Below, piece after piece: positions 55,235 to 64,000 of a stretch of 64,000 nt of DNA. The stretch's first letter is position 1. Each line of letters starts with the position of its first letter. A program made the translations under genes and the position numbers. The notes beneath the pieces were generated by a model. That model had not been told where the DNA came from and made no database searches. It worked only from the letters and a program-made list of their open reading frames with translations. Origin of the DNA: Parachlamydiales bacterium (GTDB lineage Bacteria; Chlamydiota; Chlamydiia; Chlamydiales; Rhabdochlamydiaceae); assembly GCA_963705295.1 (NCBI GenBank), contig OY970065.1, forward strand, positions 256,001 to 320,000, written 5' to 3'.

Positions 55235-57160
55235 ATGAGAATACATGTCAATAATCAATGGATGGAATTGCCTGAAGGGACCACTGGAAAAGAACTCGCT
55301 GATAAGCTCAATCTCAAAGCTCCTAATGAAGCCTTAGCTGTCGAAATCAATGAGACCGTCTACGATCTGGATCGCCCCCTCCACGATCAAGACGCAGTGA
55401 AGTTTCTCTCTTTTGAAGATCCCAAGGGAAGAGAGGTATTCTGGCATACTTCCGCACACGTTCTAGCACAAGCCGTCTTGCGCCTTTATCCAGATAGCAA
55501 GCCGACCATCGGCCCCCCGATTGAGAATGGATTCTATTACGATTTCGCAAATTTGACGATCTCGGATCAAGATTTTGAAAAAATCGAAGATGAAGTTCAA
55601 AAAATCATCCATGAAAACTATAAAACCATCCGGCACGAATTTAAAGATAAGGCCGAAGCTCTAGCCCGTTTTAAATCCAACCCCTACAAAGTCGAGCTGA
55701 TTGAAGGGTTTGAAGGCCTGATCACCGGGTATGAACAGGGAGAATTTTTTGATCTCTGCCGAGGACCTCATCTTCCCAATCTCGGAAAAATCAAAGCGTT
55801 TAAAATTCTCAAAACATCCGGCGCTTATTGGAAAGGAGATCCTGCCAAAGAAATGCTCACCCGGATTTACGCGATTTCGTTTCCCGACCGAAAATTGTTA
55901 AAAGATTATTTAAATCTTCTCGAAGAGGCTAAAAAAAGAGATCACAAAATCCTCGGCCCCAAACTCGATCTCTTCTCGCTCAAAGAAGAAGCCCCAGGAA
56001 TTCCGTTTATCCATCCAAAGGGAATGGTTATTTGGAATCGGCTTTTAGAATTCCTCCGCGGTCTTCTTCAAAAATCAGGCTATATCGAAATCAAAACACC
56101 TGCATTGATGGGGCAACAACTGTGGGAACAATCGGGACACTGGTCGTATTACCGGGAAAACATGTACGCGTTTGAAATTGAAGACCGGTGGTTTGCCATC
56201 AAACCGATGAACTGTCCCGGCTGCATGCTCTATTACAAGTCGACAACCCACAGCTACCGAACCCTTCCACTCCGTGTTGCAGAAATCGGCCATGTCCACC
56301 GGCACGAGCCGTCGGGCGCCCTCTCTGGTCTGCTTCGCGTCCGCAGTTTTCACCAAGACGATGCCCATCTTTTCATGAGAACCTCCGATATTAAAGCCGA
56401 AATCTTAGGGATTCTCGGCCTTGCAGAAGAAATTTATAACACGTTTGGGCTCGATTACCGATTAGAACTCTCGACACGTCCCGAAAAAAGTATTGGAACC
56501 GATGAAGATTGGGAACATGCAACAAAAGGGCTTCAAGAAGCTCTTGAAGAGTGGGGAGAACCGTTCCGCATCAATCCAGGTGACGGTGCATTCTACGGAC
56601 CTAAGATCGATTTTCATATCCGCGATGCCCTAGGCAGATCTTGGCAACTGGGTACTGTCCAGCTCGATATGGCTCTTCCAGAAAAATTCCAGCTCGAATA
56701 TATGGATAAAGACGGAATGCTAAAACGACCTGTCATGTTGCACCGTGCCATTTTCGGATCGATCGAGCGGTTTTTTGGAATTTTGATTGAACATTTTGCT
56801 GGAAAATTCCCGTTATGGATCAGTCCTCTTCCGGTTCGAGTGATTACAGTCGCAGATCGTCATAGCGAGTACGCCCATCATGTGATGAAGGAAATCAAGA
56901 AAGCAGGATTTATTTGCGATGTCGATGAAACCGGTGAATCTGTGAACAAAAAAATTAGAAACGCACAACTACAACAGATCAATTACATGCTCACGGTCGG
57001 GGATAAAGAGGTGGAAAACAAAACCATCAATCTTCGAACTCGGGATAATGTCGTGCATGGGGAAGTTGATCTCTCCACTTTCTTGCAATCGCTTCAAAAC
57101 GAGATGGTAAACAAATCTCTTGAATCGGAGTTTGCGCATGCCCACAATAACCATCAGTAG
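55235..57160 (+). CDS. thrS: Threonine--tRNA ligase
   Basis: TGS domain, HTSAHVL, DLCRGPH, KPMNCPG, QDDAH, GAFYGPKID, MLHRAIFGSIERF. Confidence 0.98.
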   Translation: MRIHVNNQWMELPEGTTGKELADKLNLKAPNEALAVEINETVYDLDRPLHDQDAVKFLSFEDPKGREVFWHTSAHVLAQAVLRLYPDSKPTIGPPIENGFYYDFANLTISDQDFEKIEDEVQKIIHENYKTIRHEFKDKAEALARFKSNPYKVELIEGFEGLITGYEQGEFFDLCRGPHLPNLGKIKAFKILKTSGAYWKGDPAKEMLTRIYAISFPDRKLLKDYLNLLEEAKKRDHKILGPKLDLFSLKEEAPGIPFIHPKGMVIWNRLLEFLRGLLQKSGYIEIKTPALMGQQLWEQSGHWSYYRENMYAFEIEDRWFAIKPMNCPGCMLYYKSTTHSYRTLPLRVAEIGHVHRHEPSGALSGLLRVRSFHQDDAHLFMRTSDIKAEILGILGLAEEIYNTFGLDYRLELSTRPEKSIGTDEDWEHATKGLQEALEEWGEPFRINPGDGAFYGPKIDFHIRDALGRSWQLGTVQLDMALPEKFQLEYMDKDGMLKRPVMLHRAIFGSIERFFGILIEHFAGKFPLWISPLPVRVITVADRHSEYAHHVMKEIKKAGFICDVDETGESVNKKIRNAQLQQINYMLTVGDKEVENKTINLRTRDNVVHGEVDLSTFLQSLQNEMVNKSLESEFAHAHNNHQ

Positions 57161-57911
57161 TTTTAAAGGCGGAACAGCCAAGACTTCCACCTCGCTCCAT
57201 ATTGGAGCCGCCCTTGCAAAATTTCACAAGCAAAAGGTTCTTCTCATCGATTTTGATGCCCAAGCCAATCTCACGACAGGCCTTGGCTACGATCCCGATG
57301 CCCATGATAGCTTAGCACCTATTCTCCAAGGAAAAAAGAAAATCGCCGAAGTTATTCTTCCCACATCCCATCCTCGACTTTCCCTCATTCCTGCAGACAC
57401 TTGGCTTGAACGAGTCGAAGTCACCGAAGCCCTCGCAGCCGACAGATATTCCCACGAAAGACTCAAACAACTCCTCCAACCTCTTATCTCTTCTTATGAC
57501 ACCATCCTCATCGACACACCTCCTTCGATGTGCTGGCTCACCGAATCGGCCCTCATCGCATCCGATCATGCACTCGTCGCAGCAACACCTGAGTTTTACA
57601 GCATTAAAGGACTCCAGCGACTCGCGCAGTTCATGGAGTCGATTTCCGAACGCCATCCGCTCAAAATCCTCGGCGTGATCCTCTCTTTCTGGAACCCCCG
57701 CGGCAAAAGCAACACCGCTTTCCTCCAAGTGATCGAAGAGACATTCCCTGGTAAAATCCTCACCTCCAAAATCCGGCGTGATATCTCCGTTTCCGAAGCC
57801 TCCATCTACGGAAAACCGATCTTCGACACTTCACCCACATCGCGTGCGGCCGAAGATTACACATCTCTTGCAAAAGAACTTTTAAAAAGGCTCAAACTAT
57901 GTCCAAGGTAA
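57138..57911 (+). CDS. parA: ParA/MinD-family ATPase (chromosomal pGP5-like)
   Basis: KGGTAKTST, LIDFDAQANLT, IDTPPS; followed by a pGP6-D-like gene. Confidence 0.9.
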   Translation: MPTITISSFKGGTAKTSTSLHIGAALAKFHKQKVLLIDFDAQANLTTGLGYDPDAHDSLAPILQGKKKIAEVILPTSHPRLSLIPADTWLERVEVTEALAADRYSHERLKQLLQPLISSYDTILIDTPPSMCWLTESALIASDHALVAATPEFYSIKGLQRLAQFMESISERHPLKILGVILSFWNPRGKSNTAFLQVIEETFPGKILTSKIRRDISVSEASIYGKPIFDTSPTSRAAEDYTSLAKELLKRLKLCPR

Positions 57912-58615
57912 ATGATCTTCTCTTCAGTCGTCTGAAAAAAAAGTTCACCAAAATGACAGAACTGGCCGAAATCTCCTCCAAAGGAAATCTCTCCAGCTTC
58001 TCCGGCGTTTTTCGCGTTCACCCCCTCTCATTCAATGAACATGAAGAACTCCAGCAACTCCTCAACACGTACAAAAACGAAAATCCCATCGACGAAGATC
58101 TCAAATCCCTAGCAGCCATCACCTCCGAAATCAAAGCCATTAACAATCAAGCAGCCATCCTCCATGGCGAGAGAATAAAAAAAGCCCAAGAAATTCTCAA
58201 AAAATACCGCGAAGGAGCTTTCTCAGCCTGGCTCCTCGCCACCTATGGCAATCGGCAAACCCCCTACAACTTTCTCCAATACTACGAATTCTACCTCCAA
58301 CTTCCTCCCCAGCTCCACACCAAACTCGACGAGATGCCTCGCCAAGCGATCTACACACTCGCCAGCCGCGACGTCCCCTTCGACCAAAAAGAAGCCATCC
58401 TCAAAAACTACAACGGCCAAACCAAAAACGAAGTCCTCTCCCTCATCCGGTCCACCTTCCCCCTCGATGACCAAGACGGCCGCAAGGAAGATCTCGCCCT
58501 ACAAGTCATCGTCGGCCTAAAAAAAATCCAACGCCTCCTAAACGAAAAACGATTCCGTCCCACCCAAGACCAGCGCGAGACAATTCACACTCTTCTAGAA
58601 AATCTTCTGAAATAA
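57899..58615 (+). CDS. Chlamydial pGP6-D family protein
   Basis: EIKAINNQAAILHGERIKKAQEIL..YREGAFSAWL..TYGNRQTPYNFLQYYE, PRQAIYTLASR. Confidence 0.9.
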   Translation: MSKVNDLLFSRLKKKFTKMTELAEISSKGNLSSFSGVFRVHPLSFNEHEELQQLLNTYKNENPIDEDLKSLAAITSEIKAINNQAAILHGERIKKAQEILKKYREGAFSAWLLATYGNRQTPYNFLQYYEFYLQLPPQLHTKLDEMPRQAIYTLASRDVPFDQKEAILKNYNGQTKNEVLSLIRSTFPLDDQDGRKEDLALQVIVGLKKIQRLLNEKRFRPTQDQRETIHTLLENLLK

Positions 58616-58643
58616 AAAAGGGGCCGAGAACCGACCCCCTTTG
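58613..58643 (-). terminator. Intrinsic terminator (possibly bidirectional)
   Basis: Minus strand GGGGTCG-gttct-CGGCCCC followed by T6, just after the stop at 58649. Confidence 0.75.
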
Positions 58644-58648
58644 AGCAT

Positions 58649-59179
58649 TTAAGCTGTTTTTGGAGATGCAGTTGAAGCAGGTGCTGCTGGCAATTTTGGA
58701 AAAGGTCCAGCAATTCTCATTTTTTCTCTCCAAGTCGATGTAAGAGGATCGTATTTTGTCCCCCAAGATAGTTTTTGGGTTCCTGCAGGATACACATCAA
58801 CCTCATAAGTTGTAAGATAAGCTCTATAAGGATTTCTATAACTTACGGTTGTTGCTGCATTATCCAATGCTTTATCTGGTGATAAAACCGCTCCTTTTGC
58901 ACATAGCCAAGCACTTGAGAATTGAGTTTTAGCTACATCTTTCCACAAGTCACTTCTCCAGTTTGTTCTAAAAATTGTCTCTACAACTTTATCAATAAGA
59001 AAAGCAACTGTAGCATAAGTACCTTTGATCAAACCTTCATTGGTCTTTACCAATGCATCAAAACGAGCTGAAATGTTATTTCTGAAGCCCTTAATGGGTT
59101 CTAATTGATTACTGCTATTCAGATGATTGACTAAAAAACGATCAATTCCTACTTGTGATCTGTAGATTGTCGTTGCCAT
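58649..59179 (-). CDS. Orphan hypothetical protein
   Basis: GGAGG RBS before ATG 59179; has its own terminator; AT-rich codon use. Confidence 0.75.
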   Translation of the reverse strand: MATTIYRSQVGIDRFLVNHLNSSNQLEPIKGFRNNISARFDALVKTNEGLIKGTYATVAFLIDKVVETIFRTNWRSDLWKDVAKTQFSSAWLCAKGAVLSPDKALDNAATTVSYRNPYRAYLTTYEVDVYPAGTQKLSWGTKYDPLTSTWREKMRIAGPFPKLPAAPASTASPKTA

Positions 59180-59224
59180 ATAAATACCTCCTATTGGCAT
59201 TTGAATGACACAAGTCTAGTCAAC

Positions 59225-60091
59225 TTAACTTTTTACTTCAATTGAGATTGTTTGAAAAATTTCTTTTTTTGTTTTTTCCCTAGGCTCTAAAAGAGGAAGT
59301 CGGAGATGGGGCTGACATTTATTGAGTAGGCTGACCGCATATTTGACACATTGAGGATTTGTTTCGAGAACGAGCGATTTATAGAGAGGTGCATAGAGAG
59401 TGTCGAGTTCTTTGGCTTTAACAAAATCTCCCCGTAGACAATGGTTGGCAAACTCGCTCCAACCTTGAGGAATCACATTGGCAACGATCGAAATCACACC
59501 GACAGCTCCCCGTCGCATATGTTCATAGGCAAGAGTATCGTCTCCTGAGAGAATGGGAATATTCGAAAGTGCTCGGATTTCTTCAATAAGCTCTAAAGTC
59601 CCCGAAGCTTCTTTGATGGCAACCATCGAGGGAAGTTTTGCAATCTCTGCGAGGGTTTCAGCTGACAATCTTATTCCCGTTCTCCCGGGATGATGATAAA
59701 TGATTGTGGGAAGGCCGACTTTGCTGACTTCCGCGTAGTGGGCAACGCATCCTTCCGGCGTCGGTCGATTGTAATAAGGCACCACCACAAGACATCCATC
59801 CGCACCGAGTTGTTTCGCCTTCTCGGTTCTTTCGACGGTTTTCCGCGTGCTGTAGGTTCCTGTTCCCGCAATAATCGGAATTCTCCCCTTAGCAACATCG
59901 ATGGCTGTTTTGAAAAGAGTTTGCTGCTCTTCTTCGGAGAGTGTGGGAGCTTCTCCCGTGGTTCCACAGCAGACAATGCCGCTCGTTCCTTCCTCTGCGT
60001 GCCAATCGACCAATTCTTTAAAAGCTAAAAAGTCAATTTCACCACCTTCGGTAAAAGGTGTGATGAGCGCGACAATCGATCCTTTAAACAT
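59225..60091 (-). CDS. dapA: 4-hydroxy-tetrahydrodipicolinate synthase
   Basis: GSIVALITPF, GTTGEAPTL, VPYYNRP, PGRTG, IKEASG, LSGDD, ETNP. Confidence 0.96.
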   Translation of the reverse strand: MFKGSIVALITPFTEGGEIDFLAFKELVDWHAEEGTSGIVCCGTTGEAPTLSEEEQQTLFKTAIDVAKGRIPIIAGTGTYSTRKTVERTEKAKQLGADGCLVVVPYYNRPTPEGCVAHYAEVSKVGLPTIIYHHPGRTGIRLSAETLAEIAKLPSMVAIKEASGTLELIEEIRALSNIPILSGDDTLAYEHMRRGAVGVISIVANVIPQGWSEFANHCLRGDFVKAKELDTLYAPLYKSLVLETNPQCVKYAVSLLNKCQPHLRLPLLEPREKTKKEIFQTISIEVKS

Positions 60092-61289
60092 GTTTTCTCC
60101 TTAGAAGTACAAAACTACATAAACCCGCAGTTATAGCACCAGCAATCAGTGGAAGAGACGGGTTTAAAGCTGCTAGAAGCCCCCCGATGATTCCGACGAA
60201 CATACCTGCCATGACTTGAACCGATTGAAGGCTTCCCAAAGCCTGTCCTTGCCGCGTCTCATGGGCAGCATCGGAGACCATCACGGCCGCATTCGTCATC
60301 AAGATGGAGAGCAGGAGGCCAATCGGTGGAACCGTCCACCAGAGGCCCCGAGGGGAATTTGGAATCACGAGCAACACCAACATGACGGCCATTCCGATGG
60401 CACCCCGCCCCGTGCTTAAAAAAGGTTTCCATCGTTTGGATAAAAGAGGGACTAAAAATAAAAGTCCTATTGCAAAAAAGAAAGAATCGTACGCCATCAC
60501 ATAAGCAAGACCGGTTGTCGTGAAATCAAACGTCCGTTGCAAATAGATTCCAATGCAGTTCCAAAAAGAATAGAGACTAAAATAGAGCAAAAAGTTGGCG
60601 AAATAATATTTTCTAAGCTGACGATTTTTCCAGTGATCTCGAAGCCCCTCTAAAAAACCCCCACTCACATGATGCTTTTTTGTCTCCGATGAAAATCTCC
60701 AGATGATGACCACTGCAATGAGCGAGAGACAAGCTCCCAGCCAAAAAGGTGTGGCAAATGAAAAAAATCGATTGTTTTCTGGATCAGCGAGCCAACCCCC
60801 GAGTAGCGGTCCTATGATAAAAGCAATGCACGAGAAAAAATTAATCCAACCAAAATGAGAAACCTTCTCTTCACCTTTAGAGATATCACCGATCACGGCT
60901 TGAGCAATCGTCACATTCCCTTCGCAAAACCCGCAGAGAAAGAGTCCTCCAAAAATCCCCAGTATCGAATGTTCTGCAGTTGCTAAAGCCGTGACCACAT
61001 ATCCCATGGCCGTGCAAACCAAAGAATACATAATGACTTTCTTTCGACCCCATTTGTCGGAAAAAATCCCTAAAAGTGGAGATCCGATCAACTGCCCCCC
61101 AGGATAAGCCGCCAGCACAATCCCGAGTAAAATGGTTTTGATATGGATCGGAAGAGTCGCTGGTAAAATCGATCGTTTCGTATCGAGAAACATTTCCGGC
61201 AAAAGCGGAAGAGGCAGCGAAAACCCGACATATCCTAAAAACACCACGATGGCATACGGCAGAAGAGGCCGGATCTTAACGGAGTACAT
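60084..61289 (-). CDS. MFS transporter (TetA/DHA1-like)
   Basis: GIFSDKWGRK, GNVTIAQAVIGDIS, FIIGPLLGG; about 12 TM helices. Confidence 0.88.
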   Translation of the reverse strand: MYSVKIRPLLPYAIVVFLGYVGFSLPLPLLPEMFLDTKRSILPATLPIHIKTILLGIVLAAYPGGQLIGSPLLGIFSDKWGRKKVIMYSLVCTAMGYVVTALATAEHSILGIFGGLFLCGFCEGNVTIAQAVIGDISKGEEKVSHFGWINFFSCIAFIIGPLLGGWLADPENNRFFSFATPFWLGACLSLIAVVIIWRFSSETKKHHVSGGFLEGLRDHWKNRQLRKYYFANFLLYFSLYSFWNCIGIYLQRTFDFTTTGLAYVMAYDSFFFAIGLLFLVPLLSKRWKPFLSTGRGAIGMAVMLVLLVIPNSPRGLWWTVPPIGLLLSILMTNAAVMVSDAAHETRQGQALGSLQSVQVMAGMFVGIIGGLLAALNPSLPLIAGAITAGLCSFVLLRRKHV

Positions 61290-62142
61290 CTCCCCACTTT
61301 AATCTTTTCCCCTTTTTATACACGTCACCATCTTTTTTACTGACAATTTGAGTCTCAATACCCTTCCTTGTACAAACAACCAGTTGCAGATGCCCCTTCC
61401 GCTTCATCGGATCTCTCAAAACCCTAGCCTCTGTCAGCGCCTTCTTATTTTTACTCACGATCACATACGAAAACTTTTCATCCTCATATCCCAGCGCCCC
61501 TTCCTTGGCAAGCCGGTGTTCCTCACTTCTCTCCAACCTCACCCCAAAATGACACCATTCCTCCGTACCCTCCCATGGACATCTTCTCGAATGAGGACAC
61601 GGCGCATAAACCTCTCCCCCTTCCGCAATACAATAATCCCTTGCTTTCAACATCTTCTCATACCCCCGCGACGTTCCCGGTTCTACAACCACCAAAAATT
61701 CCCCCGTCAATTCCCATGCCTTTCCCAAAATCTCCAAATTGTCTATCTCTCCCCATGAATATGAGAAAACAACCAGATCGTGCTTCTCTGAAAAATCCCT
61801 TCTCCACTTTCCTTCAGGTATCAACTGAGACCCTATCTCGGTAAATACTGGATCTTTCTCAACAAAAGTTGCCTCTAAATCCGGCCAAAACTCTTTTGCC
61901 GCAAACCATGACGTCCCCGGCCCAGCCCCGATATCGAGCAAAGACTGTATTGAAAAAGTCTGAATTTCCCGAAATATCCTTTGTAAAGCCGCTTTTGTCG
62001 CTGGAAACCGTGTATAAAGATAAGCCCACCGGTCTTGAGAAGTCCGAAGAAAAGGTTTTACCCCGCTTCGATACCGCTCCGAGAGAGCCTGTGCAGCTTT
62101 CCTAATTTCATCGAAAGAAAAAGGGCATATTTCTTTAAACAT
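61276..62142 (-). CDS. Rsm22-family SAM-dependent methyltransferase
   Basis: LSERYR, R.PAT, LLDIGAGPGT, VVEPGT, APCPH...CP, WCHF, YEDEKFSY, W.D. Confidence 0.88.
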   Translation of the reverse strand: MFKEICPFSFDEIRKAAQALSERYRSGVKPFLRTSQDRWAYLYTRFPATKAALQRIFREIQTFSIQSLLDIGAGPGTSWFAAKEFWPDLEATFVEKDPVFTEIGSQLIPEGKWRRDFSEKHDLVVFSYSWGEIDNLEILGKAWELTGEFLVVVEPGTSRGYEKMLKARDYCIAEGGEVYAPCPHSRRCPWEGTEEWCHFGVRLERSEEHRLAKEGALGYEDEKFSYVIVSKNKKALTEARVLRDPMKRKGHLQLVVCTRKGIETQIVSKKDGDVYKKGKRLKWGDVLR

Positions 62143-62175
62143 GCCCCCTAAGATGCCAAGATAAGAGTCAAAAAC

Positions 62176-63177
62176 CTAGCTCTTATTTTGCACAGGTAAA
62201 GGAAGTCCTTTATGTCTTAATGCAGAAATTTTCACTTTTTTCACGCCTGATTGACATTTACGATAAATTGGAAAACTAACCGTTATAAGATTAGTTGGAT
62301 CGGAAGGAAAGGCTAAATAAGTTTTAGAGGCAAATCGACCATTGCTATTGATCGTATATCCAAATTGGGCACCACCGAAAGGTGTAAACGGTTGTTTAGC
62401 ATTCCCTAAAAAATCAAACTGGGTGTCAGGCCCTGCAGCAGGATTGAAAAATTCTGGAAATACAAAGTTAATTACCGTTGTTTTATTAATTTTATAAAAG
62501 TTAAAACTTCCCCATGTTACTGGATCACAAACTTCTCTGCTATATGCATTCGTTTTTTTTGGTCCCGGCGTTAATATTTGATAAGCATATAGAAATTCAT
62601 ACCCGGCATAAGTATCTGCCAAGGATTCCATAGTCTCATGACTTAAGGCAAAACTGAGTATATCTCCTACATTCTTAAGAGGTATGACCGATTGACCAAA
62701 GGGTGTAAAAACAGCTTCTATCCCATAATTGAGTTTTTTGCTTCCGAAAGGAAGAATAACCACAGGAGTACCATCTGGAATTGTAGGAAGAGAGGGAACC
62801 CAGAAATTAGGTTGCGGTCCATCGAATTCATTGGGTGGAGGAAGAACTATATAGTGATTGGATACACTTCCCACAAAAAGGTCAACATTTTGAATGATTT
62901 CATCAATTAGATAGACAATGGCTTTTTTGTTATCCGTTATATTAGGAATCTCTCCCCTTGGAAGAAGGGTAAAATTTGCTGAGGTACCCCAAATCGGTGC
63001 AAAGTCTCGCACGGTTTGTTTTTGAACAGCCTTCACAGCTCGAACGACATCTTCACGCGAAACCTTGGTATACAAATCGACAACGATAAAATCTAACACA
63101 GCTCCCGGCGCTGTATCCGCTAAACAAGGAACAACCGCTACGATCAAAGCAAAAAGAATCGAAAACAATTTTCTCAT
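62176..63177 (-). CDS. Secreted protein with HExxE..D putative metal-binding motif
   Basis: AGGAG RBS; signal MRKLFSILFALIVAVVPCLA; DFAPIWG, LSHETMESLAD, REVCDPV, NFVFPEFF. Confidence 0.75.
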   Translation of the reverse strand: MRKLFSILFALIVAVVPCLADTAPGAVLDFIVVDLYTKVSREDVVRAVKAVQKQTVRDFAPIWGTSANFTLLPRGEIPNITDNKKAIVYLIDEIIQNVDLFVGSVSNHYIVLPPPNEFDGPQPNFWVPSLPTIPDGTPVVILPFGSKKLNYGIEAVFTPFGQSVIPLKNVGDILSFALSHETMESLADTYAGYEFLYAYQILTPGPKKTNAYSREVCDPVTWGSFNFYKINKTTVINFVFPEFFNPAAGPDTQFDFLGNAKQPFTPFGGAQFGYTINSNGRFASKTYLAFPSDPTNLITVSFPIYRKCQSGVKKVKISALRHKGLPLPVQNKS

Positions 63178-63210
63178 AAAAACTCCTAAATAAAATTTAG
63201 GATAAATGAT

Positions 63211-63226
63211 GGGGGGGGGGGGGGGG
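63211..63226. repeat. G16 (C16) homopolymer in a promoter spacer
   Basis: 16 consecutive G. The minus strand reads TTGACT-A-C16-ATCATT-TATCCT upstream of the RBS. Confidence 0.95.
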
Positions 63227-63280
63227 TAGTCAAGTAATAATTGAAAAAATTCTGGGTGAGAGGCTTCGAACTGATGAAAA

Positions 63281-64000
63281 TTATTCAATAGAGAGAATAT
63301 AATCTCTTTCACTGATGAGTTTGTTATAAAAGAATAGGTTGTTTGAGTAAGCCGTTTGATAGGCCCTACGTAAATTCTCATCTTGAATTTCAGCAAAAGT
63401 AGGCTGACCCTCGATGTCTACTTCATAACTATGTGGCTTATTAAAACCGGTGCTACGAATTGCATCCCCATGCCAATGGTGGGTATGGAGATGAACTTTG
63501 ATTTCATGCCATTCATTTTCTCCTGTAAAATCGGCCCCGAGATCTGACCAATGTAGAGATTCTGGAATATGAGGCAGTTCCAATCGTTGACACAATGCTC
63601 GAATGGTTTTTTCAGGAAATTGATAAAGATCTTCTGTTAAAATGATAATCGGTTGGTTTTGCGCATGTTTCTTAACAAATTCAAAAATAGAATATTCAGC
63701 TTTATATCCAAGCAAATAATCTAATCGATCAGGAATGCTTTTAACCTTATTATAAAAAGACAGGGCTACATGATGAGGATTTCGAATTAAAAATAAAAAA
63801 TAGCTCTTTGGATTTTGAACAAATCCATGGTCGTCGATTAAAAAATCTTCGACAGCAAAACTCATTTCCTTCACAAAAACATTTTTATGCTGCGTTAAAA
63901 GTTGTTGCTTCACTTCATCAAAAGAGAAAAAGGCCCCCTTTCGAAACCACGAGGCAGTCACCTCTGGATAATGGATACGATCATAGGCATACATCGAAGG
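63281..64000 (-). CDS. Sulfotransferase-like protein (5'-truncated by window)
   Basis: VFVKEM, FLIRNP..VALSF, IIILTEDL...PE.....LC..L, LHW, WH..AI.STGF; frame is open to the window edge. Confidence 0.7.
   Translation of the reverse strand, partial: PSMYAYDRIHYPEVTASWFRKGAFFSFDEVKQQLLTQHKNVFVKEMSFAVEDFLIDDHGFVQNPKSYFLFLIRNPHHVALSFYNKVKSIPDRLDYLLGYKAEYSIFEFVKKHAQNQPIIILTEDLYQFPEKTIRALCQRLELPHIPESLHWSDLGADFTGENEWHEIKVHLHTHHWHGDAIRSTGFNKPHSYEVDIEGQPTFAEIQDENLRRAYQTAYSNNLFFYNKLISERDYILSIE

Noticed and set aside
57138..58615. parA plus pGP6-D as an integrated plasmid
   Set aside because: The thrS-parA-pGP6-D block is a standard chromosomal arrangement in chlamydiae; no plasmid replication or integrase genes.
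63178..63396. N-terminal extension with poly-Pro for the 62176 gene
   Set aside because: Read-through across the G16 tract and the upstream gene; SD and signal peptide place the start at 63177.

Overview
Gene-dense chromosomal window from an environmental Chlamydiota bacterium. Evidence for this: chlamydial T2SS gspDEFG locus, thrS-parA-pGP6-D block, a MOMP-like 'GNPAE..IDEG' porin, and sigma66 rpoD. The backbone is housekeeping: murI end, rsmD, coaD, mutY, mreC, aspC, tRNA-Ala(GGC), GH3/NagZ, rpoD, rpsT, recCBD, thrS, dapA and three MFS transporters. AT-rich solo accessory genes interrupt it. Most notable: (1) two unrelated AAA+ ATPase/PD-(D/E)xK genes, each preceded by a pair of ~33-bp palindromic units, one gene sitting at the 3' end of the tRNA; (2) an NLR-like NB-ARC/TPR gene wedged between recB and recD, with a probable membrane-anchored N-terminus out of frame at a T9 tract; (3) a G16 tract in the -35/-10 spacer of a secreted HExxE protein gene (candidate phase variation); (4) two small genes missing from the ORF track, a 34-aa histone-like Lys-rich peptide ending in CxxC and a 50-aa secreted acidic peptide; (5) a sigma54-type promoter before a lone FlgN-like gene; (6) a papain-like motif set in a hypothetical protein upstream of a MOMP-like and a Fic gene. 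No CRISPR array, IS, integrase or prophage was seen. All product calls come from motif recognition by eye, not database searches.
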